Under the pieces are notes generated by a model that was not told the origin of the DNA, did no database searches, and saw only the letters and a program-made list of their open reading frames with translations. DNA of 54,078 bases, counting the filler, from Jimgerdemannia flammicorona (Eukaryota), in NCBI GenBank assembly GCA_003990765.1. It is 2 parts of 2 records of this genome, joined end to end, with 100 filler letters (N's around TTAATTAATTAA, not from the genome) between each part and the next. Parts side by side here need not be neighbours in the genome. Positions count along the whole stretch, not along the records: positions 27,092 to 54,078 come from RBNJ01000673.1; 1 more part is not named here. One strand, 5' to 3'. Shown here piece after piece: positions 27,092 to 38,200 of the stretch. Position numbers and translations under genes: made by a program. Position 1 is the stretch's first letter; each line of letters opens with the position of its first letter.

Positions 27092-29172
27092 GAGAGTGAT
27101 CAATTGCATAGCATCTTTGGCCTCCTCAAACATGATTTATATTTGCCAAGTGCCGATACTATTCGCAAAGATGTCCTGGAGGCCTATAGGAAGGAGCACG
27201 ACAATCTCCGCCAGACACTTCAGGTAAAATAAGGGCAGCACCGTGACCTTTGCAAGCTGAATTATACAAAAGAGCTCACCAATTTAACCTCACATTCAAT
27301 AAGCAGAATTCGGTAGGCAAAATTTCATTTACGATCGACACATGGACATCCCCCAATGCAATTTTGTTTCTGGGCATTACTGGTCATTGGATTGACCTCG
27401 ATTGGTAGCTTAAATCTCTCACCCTTGACTTCGTCAAACTTGCTGGCCCTCATTCTGGAGACAACATCGCAGATGCTTTTATTAGTTGTATCCGGGAGCT
27501 TGGGATCACCACCAAGGTAAAAAAGGGGGGCTTGCTGTCAGGTCGGCATTTTGAGGGAGGTTCTAAACCAAACCAGATTTTATTGGTTACTTATTTTCAC
27601 ATAAATTTATCAACCAAATATTTCAAGTACAGATTTTGGCCATTACAATGGATAATGCCACAAACAACTCAATATTTTTCCAAGATTTAGTGGCCAGCCT
27701 CAAACAGGAAAACGTGGCCTTCAGTGTAGAAAGCTGCCATGTGCGATGCCAGGCCCACGTACTGAACCTCGCTGTTCAGGACTATCTTACACACGTAGAC
27801 AAAACATCCGAGAGAGGAGGGGCCCTGAGTATAATTTCCAAGTTGTGCAAACTGGTTGTGTCAGTCTGATCGTCCCCACAACGATGAGACAAATTCGCTG
27901 CACAGTGTAGGGCAATCAGTTTAGCCCCGAAAGAGCTTATATTGGATGTCTGTATGTGTTGGAACTCAACATTTGCAATGATCCAGTGTGCGCTGGAGTT
28001 TGCTGTGGTATGCATCCTTTTTTTCTTCAGTCGGCTGAAGCAACTGTTTCGGATGATGGAAGATTTATTTAAAAAAAAAAAAAAAAAAAAAAGCCAATAG
28101 ATTCAATGATGGCTGCCGACAAGGAAATACAGGCTGAGGCTCTAGGTGAAAGTGAGTGGGACATACTTAGGAATGTTGTCAGAGTTTTGGAAGTAAGTGG
28201 TGATTGCCCTGGCTCCATACTCGTTTTGTCTGCCTCTGCACAGTGCAACACCTCACCATATATAACTGCCAGTGTTTCGACGATTGTACGAAGGATATAG
28301 TCAAACAAACGACTCCGACAATAAGCTCTACGATACCAGTATACAACCTTCTGATTGACTGACTAGAGGACAAGCTCGAGGACAGGCTGGAGGGTTGCAG
28401 TGATTTACGGTTAAGCCCAGATCAGAGAGATGCCATGGTGGTTGCTCTAAGCAAGCTTAGAAAATACTACACCCAAACAGATACCACCATATACTCAATC
28501 AGTATAGGTATGTCGATATCAGTGTGTGGCCATTGCCCCTTCCAAAACAGAGGAAACCCCGCAAAAACTCACTCTCCTTTTCTTCGAATAGTGCTGGACC
28601 CACGCTTAAAGCTACAATACCATAAAGATCAGGGCTGGGAGCAGCACTTCATTGAGAGAACCAAGCAGGCCGTAATTGAAGTGTACCAGAAAAACTACAC
28701 ACTGCCGCAAGATTCTGGCCAAAGTCCAGATGAATATGCTGAGAGATCCCTCCTGTCCCACATTTACTTCAGCAGAAAGAGGAAGAGAGAGCCGTCAGTG
28801 GAAGAGCTGCCATCAATAGACGAACTTACCATTTACCTCGCCAGCAACTGCGTGGTCCTGCTGGAGGGCACGGAGGTACTCAACTGGTAGAAGGTGGGTT
28901 GTCAGGCGGGTGTTGGGCCAATTTAACCCACCAATCTAACCCACCAATCTAACCACTGCTCTACCCACCAGGGCATGCAGCTACGTCAAACGGACTTCCC
29001 CAGCCTGTGTGGTATGGCTTGGGACTACCTGGCGATTCCTGCCTCTAGCGCTCCCGTCGAGCGGGTGTTCTCAGGTGGGGTGGACCTCGTTGCCCCAAAG
29101 AGGTGTGCGCTGAATGCTGAGACAATCTGGGCATATATGTGTCTGAAGTCTTGGTGGGGCTTGGGCTGCTAA
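27092..29172 (+). pseudogene. hAT transposase, 5'-truncated, six introns, several premature stops
   Basis: SFTIDTWTS, TMDNATNN, CQAHVLNL, WNST, KLRKYY, LDPRLK, DYLAIPASSAPVERVFS; GT-AG introns 27224-27306, 27517-27632, 28008-28093, 28193-28272, 28508-28591, 28894-28971 restore one frame. Confidence 0.93.
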
Positions 29173-29279
29173 AATTCGGCGGGTCCGCAGATAAGTTGGT
29201 TGGCCTTGTGGATATTTAATACCTTTCAAATTAATAAAAAGGAAAAAAAACCTAAGGACTCAGCCTGGAGTTTGCGGCC

Positions 29280-29700
29280 AAAGTGGGGCAGGGTTGGCGG
29301 TGGCAGCGGCGGAGGGGGTGCGCAAGGGGCAGCCCCAAGCTGCCAGTGCCTGGGTCAGTGGGCAGGTCGGTGGGCGGGTCGGTGGGCAGGTCGGTGGGTG
29401 GGGGGCGGGGGGGCGGGGGGTGGGGGGGTGGGGGGGGCAGGTCGGCAGAGGGAGCACGCAAAATTTGCGGCCCTCCACCGGCAGCAAGGAGCAGCCCCAA
29501 GCCGCAAGTATCCAGGTCAGGGGGGGAGGTGGAGGGAGCACGCAAAATTTGCGATCCTCCGCCAGCAGCGAGGGGCAGCCCCAAGCTGTCAGTGCCTGGG
29601 TCAGTGGGTGGGGTCAGTTGGCAAGTGGGGCAGGCGGAGGGAGCACGCAAAATTTGCAGCCCTCCACCAGCAGCATAGGGGCAGCCCCAAGCCACCAAGG
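29280..29700. repeat. GC-rich degenerate tandem repeat between the two convergent genes
   Basis: GGGAGCACGCAAAATTTGC x3, GCAGCCCCAAGC x4, GGTCGGTGGG units and long G runs. Confidence 0.8.
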
Positions 29701-30000
29701 AGTCTGGGGTGGAGGGTGCTTCTGGCAGTCGGAGGGTGCTTCTGGTGGTTGGAGGGCATTTCCAGCGGTTGAAGTCGCTGGTTCGGGTCCCACAGACACC
29801 CTGGCCCTGTGCTGCAGTGCTGCACTGGCAGCACTACAGAGCAGGGCCAAGGGGCCGGTAGGGCCCTACATAACGGCTAAGCTAGAGCTACATAAGAGGC
29901 ACCTGGCCCAACCCCCCACATAAGACTGCCCAACCCACACAAAATGGCTGCCTAACCCTCGCGAAAGATTGCCTAACCCTCACAAAAACTGCTCCACCCA

Positions 30001-31986
30001 TCAGTCCCAGGCCTTGATGAGTCTGTCATCCATTGTGAGTATGACAACTGTTGTGTCCAAGCTCTCCTCGAAGGCGATGGTGCCATAGTGGTCATGTGGT
30101 TGGAATAGGACAGCCGTGTTGGCCACAAACGGGACCCCGAAACCGTAGGTGAGGTCATACCAGACTCCGCCACTATCCTCCCAGGTTGGGCCCTTCCTTT
30201 CCAGGATGTAAAACATTACTGGGGTGACATTGTTGTCTGTGTGTGTGGGCAGAGAAAGGTTGTGCCCGATATATCCTGATGTGACGCGAGTGTACAGTTG
30301 GGTGAACCCTTGGCCCAGGACCTCATACGGCCAGGCTGTACTGGTGGATGCCTGCCCTTGGTCCAGCCCTGGGAGCCCCAGCTTGGAAACCTGCCAAAAC
30401 GGATGGCAACCAGTCAGTCCTTTTTGCATTCGGGGGCAGTAACCCCCCAGGCCGCAGAAACCCCCCAGGCTGCAGCACCCCAAAAAAGCGGAGCTCCTCA
30501 CCTCATACAGCATGCTAAATTGTGCCAAGAACATATATATAGCCATGCCGAGATCACCACCAAGCTGGCCTGCCATACGCTCTACCAATCTGCTCAAAGA
30601 ACCCCAGATCATAGCCGCCATTGCCACACAGGCCGTATCATGCTCGCGCGCAGTTTGCTCTTCAACGGCACTTCTAAAGTTCTGGTAGGGGTACAGAATC
30701 TTGTGTATCTCTGGAATTGTATCAAAAAGAGTATGTCAGTGAAGAGTGTGATTTATCTGGGGAGGGGTTAAAAAAAAAGGGAGACGAGTGCAGGGGATTT
30801 TGGAACCCACTCTTCACCAGTGTTGCAGTATACCCAATTCCCGTCCAAACCCCCCCTCCTTGCTTTTTTCGCCCCCTCTTCCCTGCCACCCGGTATTTGA
30901 TGCAATCCTCGCAAATCTCGTTGATGTGGTGGCGAAGCTCGTCACCATAGAGGTTCCTTACCACCATCGCAACCACCTCTTCGCATTCATTAATAAAGAT
31001 ATGGTTCTCTTCGTCATTGGTTACTCCTGCTGGCCAATGGACCCCTTGGTCGAGTACGATTGGCTCTGATTTGAATGTAGACCCCCAAGCCTTGATGACG
31101 ATGCTGGTACTGCTCATGCTGAACATCTTGCCCTCAAATTTCTCTATTTGATCAGACGCTGGATGTGGTTGAACTCGGGTAACTTTGAACTCTCCTTTCC
31201 AATGGAACTGAGCCCTGATCTGAGGGACCGAGATAAGTATGCAGATGGGTTATGTGTGGGCGGGTTGCGTGCAGGCGGGCAGGTTGCATGCAGATGGGTT
31301 GCATGTGGGTTGCGTACAGATGTGGGTGTTTTTTAGGGGGAGACCACATAAAAATGAAATTAAATAAAACACGGAGATGGGTATTTCAGAAAAAGAGCAT
31401 GAGTGAGTGAGCTGCATGCCAACAAGTTGCATGCCAATGAGTTGTATGCCGACGAGTTGTATGAGTTGCACAAGAATTACTCATGAAGGCTTGCTTCTGT
31501 TCCTTTTGAGACCTCTGCCACATGATGCATTGACTCAACAGCTCAGCCACCAAAGACATGCCCCGCAACGTCCACCAGCCTTTCTTCATCTTGACCAGAT
31601 GTTGCGAATAAAGTCGGCAGATCTCGCCATAGAGCTGTAGACCCTAAGAAAAGCACAAGGTGAATTGGGTCATGCTGGGGAAGTTTAAATAAATAAACAC
31701 AAGTAAATAAGTGGCGGCCAAGTGAGCAACCTACATCTACTATCGGCTGCTCCAAAAAGGCTACCATGTACATAGCTATGAGGTCTGTGAATTCCGAGGT
31801 CTGAAGGGTCACCGTGAGTTGTTGCCGGAATTCTCCCTCATCCCCGCCATCGCCATCGCCACCGCCACCGCCATCACCCCTTTGGCTCTCAATGAGCAGC
31901 TTGTATGCTGTCCATATGAAAAAGAATCTAATATTGTCAGCAGAGAGTGCATTTCCACCTCGAATACTCCCTCTTTTGATGATCAT
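30001..31986 (-). pseudogene. TET/JBP-like 2OG-Fe(II) dioxygenase, five exons, about 461 codons with one internal TGA
   Basis: Exons 31986-31735, 31643-31481, 31143-30818, 30756-30502, 30390-30001 joined by GT-AG introns keep frame; PTHTDNN (HxD), GGVWYDLTYGFGVPF, AVLFQPHDHYGT (distal His strand); upstream GGVWTGIGY and KLGLPGL. Confidence 0.68.
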
Positions 31987-32189
31987 TGCAGGGTGAAAAA
32001 TGAGTAGACTGGACCAATGTACGAATTAAAGGCTGCTGTTTTGTTTGCTCATGATGCAGCAGGAAAGAACAAAGAAAAAGAACAAAGAAAAGAGAGGGAA
32101 CAAAGGAAAGGGTGATGTCACTAAAGTGCAGCAGAAAAAAAAAACAAGAGTGAAATAAACAAAAGAAAGGGTGATGTCACCAAAGATTT

Positions 32190-32441
32190 CAATCCAAATG
32201 GATCAATCCAGATGGGTCAATCCGGATGGGTCAATCCAGATGGATCATTCGGATGGATCATCTGGATGGATCAATCCGGATGGATCATCCGGATGGATCA
32301 ATCCGTATGGATCAATCCAGATGGATCAAACTGGATCAATCCGGATCAGATCACAAGACCAATTCGAGTTGATTCGAATCCATCACATAACAAATCTGAA
32401 TCGAATCTCATCCAGATCAACTTCATTCATTCAGAGCACTA
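32190..32441 (-). repeat. hAT subterminal repeat array and terminal inverted repeat
   Basis: About ten GGATGGATCAATCC-type units, many overlapping as palindromes, ending in TCATTCAGAGCACTA (reverse TAGTGCTCTGAATGA). Confidence 0.85.
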
Positions 32442-34255
32442 GTCTCAGGTATAGGGTATATAGTGATCAGAGTTAGGGGTCTTCTTCATGAGATTAGTCA
32501 GTGACTCAATAATGCTAGAGAAGTTTTTAATGAAGCAATGGTAGTAGCCAGCTAGACTAAGAAAGAACTAAAGTTCTGTAAAGTTCAATAGAATAGGCCA
32601 TTCTTGAATTACCTCTATCTTGTACAGATCTATTTAAATCTCTTATACAGAGATAATATAACCAAGATATTCAACTTGTTCTTTAGAGAATTCATATTTT
32701 TTAAACTTTATATAAAGCTTATATTTTCACAAGATCTCCAGAACTACTCAGATATACTTGAGGTATTCCTCTTTAGTTATATTAAAGATCAGAATATTGA
32801 CAAGATACACTAATAAGAAGATGAATAGTTAGTTCTTAAATATCTTATTCATGAGAGTCTAGAATATGATAGGTATATTGATAAGACCAAATACTAAAAC
32901 TAGAAATTTATAGAGTCTAAAGAGAATTATAAATATAGTCTTAAGAATATCTTCTGGCTTAATTCAGATTTAGTAGTAATCTGACATGAGGTCTAGCTTG
33001 GTAAAATACTTGATATTCTTAAGAGTATGTATCAAAAATTTGATCAATCAAGGATAGTAGATATTAGTTCTTGACTGTAAGCTTATTGAGTATATAGTAG
33101 TCTATATATATTCACAGAGTACTATCCTTCTTCTTGACAAATAGAACTGATGAGCCATAGAGAGACTTGCTTGGTTGAATGACTTCTTAAGTAAGTAGTT
33201 CTTCTAATTCCTTCTTAACTACTTCAATTTTAAGAAGTAATATATAGTATATGTATTTCTTAAGTGATATAGCTCCTGGAGTCAGTTTGATTTTATTATC
33301 AACTTCTCATATAGATGATAAATAAGATAGCTTATCTGAAAAGATATCCTTGAATTATTCAAGTAATAACTTAATGCTTTCATTAATTGACAGCTTCTTG
33401 TCTTATTTCTTAAAATAGACTATTATAATAAAAGCATACACTATCTTTTTGAGTGCTTTCTTATACTATATTACTGATAGTATGTTAACTGAGATCTTAT
33501 TTATAGACTTATTTATCTTAATAGTGATATTAACTCCTTTTTGAAGTAGAGTAACTTCATTCTTATACTAATATATTTGAGTTGTATTTAGTGAGCCAGA
33601 GTTTTTCTAAGATCTTTTAGTAGTATAATCTTAAAGTCTACTCATTCCTAATATTTCTAGATCTTGATAGGTAGTTTAGCTACAATTGACTTAATAGAAT
33701 ATAGTGTAACATCTATAGTAACTATACTATTATTCTTAGATATAAGCTGGTGAAAATTAATAAGGTTCTGGTTTATGAAGTTTCCTGCAACTCTACTGTC
33801 TATGAGCACTTATACTTCTTTTCCTTTAACTAGACTCTTGAAAATGAGTATAGCTTGAGCTTGGTTTTCAGTGAGACTTACTGCTTAATTAGTACTATCA
33901 AAATCTTTCTGATCTCACTTAGTTTTAGATAGTTCTTAGACTTCTGTAACTCTGGATTGACTGGCTTTTTTTAGAATTATTTGTATAACTCAGTCTCCTT
34001 TCTTAACTATGTAGTTTTGATTTTTCTAGTTGATAAGTAAGACTTAAACTTATTCTCAATAGTCTGAATCAATAACTCCAGTATCAATATTTAAATGATG
34101 CTTGATACTGAGTTCTGATCATGGTACAATTCTAGTATAAAATCCTTCAGAACATTAAACTGTAATTCCAGTAAGTACCAGAGTTTGGCCTTTGGCTAAA
34201 ATAGTGACTTACTTGACAGAGTATAGGTTAAGACCAATGGCTTCTTCTGATTGAC

Positions 34256-34794
34256 TAGTGCCCCTAATGAGTCAATTTAATCCAGATTGAATTCAGATTG
34301 ATTCGGATTGAATCCCATCTGGATGGATACAAATCAACTATTGTTTTGATTTCCAAATTAGACAATTAAATGTTTATATCTATAACTCAATAAATAATCA
34401 TCCAAATTTGATGATCTTGGTGTCATTTGTAAGCTCTTAATAAGGCCTATCTAATGATACTAAGAAAATTGAAATCAGATCATGCATTGCTGAGTTATGA
34501 AAGAAACTGTCTGAATTGCCAATTTTGATTTACTGATTTTGAAAATTTTGTCAAATAGAATGGTTTCCTTAATATCTCGGCAATGCGTGATCTGATTTTA
34601 ATATTCGTGGTATCATTAGAAAGGCCTTATTAAGGGCTTTCAAATGACACTAATATCATCAAATTTAGATGATTATTAATTGAGTTATTGATGTAAACAT
34701 TTAATTGTCTAATTTGGAAATCAAAATAATAGTTGATTTGAATCCATCCAGATGGGATTCAAATACTATCTAGATTGACTCATTCAGAGCACTA
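34256..34794. mobile_element. Non-autonomous hAT MITE, foldback type (539 bp)
   Basis: Perfect 8-bp TSD TGATTGAC (34248-34255, 34795-34802); TIR TAGTGC(C/T)C...AATGAGTCAAT; arms are long inverted repeats. Confidence 0.93.
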
Positions 34795-35283
34795 TGATTG
34801 ACATTGAGAAATCTGAGTCTTTAGATGAAGTTTTTTGATCTTGAGTTCAGGTTGACTAGTTGTGGAGTTGATAGATATATCTTTAGACAATATGGTAATT
34901 GGTCTTAATGGTTTACTAGTCTTTTAGAATATTTAGTTACAATGTGTTCTATTTGGCAATAGAAAAAACAAGCTCCAGATTTCTTCAGGCAGTTTTTTTC
35001 TTCTTGGTATTCTTCTTATTTATAATATCTAGATCTATTGGGGCTGAGCTAACTGCTTTAGATTGATTCTTGTAATAGTTCTTGAAATAGTTCTTTTTGC
35101 AGTATTCTGGTTTAAAGTAGTTGTCAAAGATAATGATATCAAATCTATTGGCAATTCTCATAACTTTATTGAGGGTCTGTAGTTCTTCTAGCTTGACCTT
35201 GACTTATGTATTTTCTTCAGATCTCAGATATAGCAGTCTATCTTTTTGTCTTCAGCTATTATTAGTAGCTTAAGTAAAATTAA

Positions 35284-38200
35284 CATCTTTCTCTAGTACC
35301 ATTTGGGTTACACAATCTTTGGAAGGTACTTACAATATCATTTTTGGAGAAAAGAGACTAGCAATATGGCAACTGACAGGCAATCTGAGGTATGTACTGA
35401 GCAGGGTAGCTCAAGTGCATTTGACTGGCAGCATGTATGAAGAGACTCTAGACTGGGAGGAGGTATGAGGGGACTACTGGTGGGAGAACACAGAAGGAAA
35501 GGAGGCAGTGATAGAGGACAGGAGTCTGGGAGGGTGAGCTTTATAGAGATGGTAAAGGAGAGATAGCAGGCATCTGGGCTAAAGGAATGGCTAAAGAGAG
35601 GTAAGGAGATGAAGAAGGCAGTAGTATATGAGAGAGTAGTTTTTGGTGGTGAAAGTAGTGAAGCTAGGGGTATAGTAGCTGGGGTGAGCATGATGGCTGA
35701 TAGTGATGGGACTGGCAATCTGGAAAAAAAATCTAGATGTGACTGCTGAGGGTGTGGCTGAGTGGCTGGGGCTTGAAAGGCAGGGAGATTTGGCAGATGG
35801 TGTAATAGGCCTAGTAGTGACCCTGTTACTCAAAAAATCAATCTTGGCATTCATAGTTATGCTGTACTTCTAGGGTCTAGTAGTGATAGTGAAAATAATG
35901 CTGGGGCTTATCACTAAGCAGGTGGCTGGGGCAGCATCAGTAAAATTTCTGAAGGGATTGAAGGGAGTAGAGGTGAGCTTTGAAGAGACTGGGCCTTTGG
36001 AGGAGATACTGAAGATTAGATTAACTATTGGGGAGGTGTGTGTTCCAATAGTGTATTACCTGAGATGGGATCCCAGGGTAGTACAACTACTGGTAAAAAG
36101 AGTGTCCATGGTGATAGCAGTAGAGACAAGAAGGAGAGTTGAGGAGGTTATGGAGGAGTATGGAGAGGTGGTAGATATCAGATTCAGAGTCTGGGAAGAG
36201 ACCTCACTCAGGACTGAGAATGTTGATGTGAGGATTCAGCTGGCAGGGAAGGAAGCTACCAGGAAGGCAAGGAACTGGCCTTTAGTGGTAGTCTGGGGGG
36301 CAATTTTATATAACATAATAAGGGTGAAGGGGAGTGAGAAGAAGGAAGAGGACTTATTAGAAGTGCTGGAAGAGCTAAGTAGTGCTGTAGAGCAGCAGAT
36401 GAAGACTTGAAAGGCTTTTGTGAAGTTGACACACTTGGAGATAGTGGATGAGAAGTGGATTCAAGTGGACAAAGAGCAGTAAGAAAGAGCTCAGAGATAT
36501 GTATAAGAGACAGAAGGAGCTGCTGGCTAAGCTAGATAGTAGACCACAGAAGGATGCTGGTGGAATGGTGAAGGTGGAGGGGGCCAAGGTGAGTGTCTGG
36601 GCCAGCAAGGGTGGTGAGAGTGACAAGAGAGAACAGGAAGGTGACTGATAATAACCTATATGCTGATGGTATATTTGAGGTCTGAGAGGAGGCCTGGGAG
36701 GACTTGCCTATTCCTACTCCTCTTATCAGATGAGGTCTGGCTTCCTGAAGCAGGGTGGTGGAGGATGTGCTAATGTGGGGGGCCCAGTGAGTACAATTTG
36801 GGGTTCCAGAGATGGCAAATGGGGGACAATAGATAGTGGTTAGAGAGGAGGAACTAGTGGATGTATGGGATGAGTCTGCAAGTACCAGAACTGACACTAC
36901 AATGCTGGATAGAGGGAGGCTGGTGACTCCTAGAGAAGGAGGTGGGGAACCTACTTTAGATGTATAGGATGATAAATAACCTAGTGGCTGAAGAGTTGAG
37001 AGAGATAGACCTGAGAGTAATGAGTGATAAGCATTGGGCACAGATCCTGCAGAGGGATGGAGTGGTGGTGGTATTGAAGGTGGAAATTCTTGCAGTATAT
37101 TTGGAGAAGGAAGAGTATGAGGTAGATAAGGAGCAAGAGGCAGAGCTAGCAGGTGTTGCTGGTGAGAGGGCTAAATACTGCTGGACCAAGCATCATAGAC
37201 TGCAGCTCTAGCAGGAGACCTGTCCAGAGTACTGAGAGGAGTTTAAGGAGAAGACAGATGGGGAGATGAATGAGCTATTGGCTGGATTGGAGACTCAGAG
37301 GGCTGAAGAGGAGGTGGTGACTACAGAACATAATCTAGATATAGTACAGGAAAAGATAAATATAGAGCAATAGAGATTGACTTGATAATACACCATATTT
37401 CATTATAAATAGTATAACTAATATTTTGTCTTTGAATATGAATGGATTATGAGGTGCTTCTCAACATAGGAATATTTTTACTTGGCTGAAGAGATTGGAG
37501 GCTGATCTCTTCCTCTTGCAGAATATCAGGTGTAAGGATGATTTGGATAGGCTGAAATGGATGAAAGAATGGAGAGGTGAGGTAGTTTGGAAGGGCAAGG
37601 TTGGGATTCTAGTCTGAAAAGGTAGAGGAGAGATAAGGGATATGAGAAACTGGAGAGATAGATTGATCTGGGGAGAGTGGATATATACAGGTTGGGAGCA
37701 AGTTATAGTGGACTCCTGTTACTACTCTACTATACAGAGTAAGCAAGTGGGTCTCCAGGAGAGTGGGGTCCTTGTAGAGGCTGGGGTAGATATGTTTGGT
37801 GGTGACTTCAATATGGTCCAGGATATATAGATGGATAGGACAGATGGAGGATGGGGAGCTGAGAGTAGGAGTGGAGGGCTGGCAGTATGGGAGGAAGTGG
37901 AAAGGCTAAGTGCTCTGGCAGATGCTGGTAGAGAGTGTTGGGGGGATAGAAGAGTATATATACATTGGGCAAGGGGCCTGGAGATGAGAATTGATGGGAT
38001 TTTAATAGCTAGCTACTGGGGCTTAGATGTTTGAAAGTTGCTGGAGGTGGAATGGTGTCCTTGGTCAGATCATTGAGGGCTGTTAGGACAGGGACATTTT
38101 GGGGGAAAATGGAGATGGGCCTGGACATTGGTGCCTCAATTCCTCTTTATTGGATGATAGGATTCAGTGGGATGAGTGGGCTGAAGACATTTAACTAAGA

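Larger units (their letters stand above)
27092..32441 (+). mobile_element. hAT DNA transposon (left end lost in the gap) carrying a cargo gene
   Basis: hAT transposase; right end TCATTCAGAGCACTA identical to the right end of the MITE that has an 8-bp TSD; subterminal repeats; CpG-rich throughout. Confidence 0.8.

Noticed and set aside
29200..29923. Several overlapping 78-209 aa Gly/Pro/Ala-rich ORFs
   Set aside because: By-product of a GC-rich repeat lacking stop codons in all frames; no domain signal.
29950..29982. Two CCTAACCCT telomere-like motifs
   Set aside because: Only two separated units within a 21-bp local duplication; not a telomeric array.
32190..32350. CRISPR-like regularly repeated palindromes
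   Set aside because: No unique spacers, no cas genes; position next to a TIR identifies them as hAT subterminal repeats.
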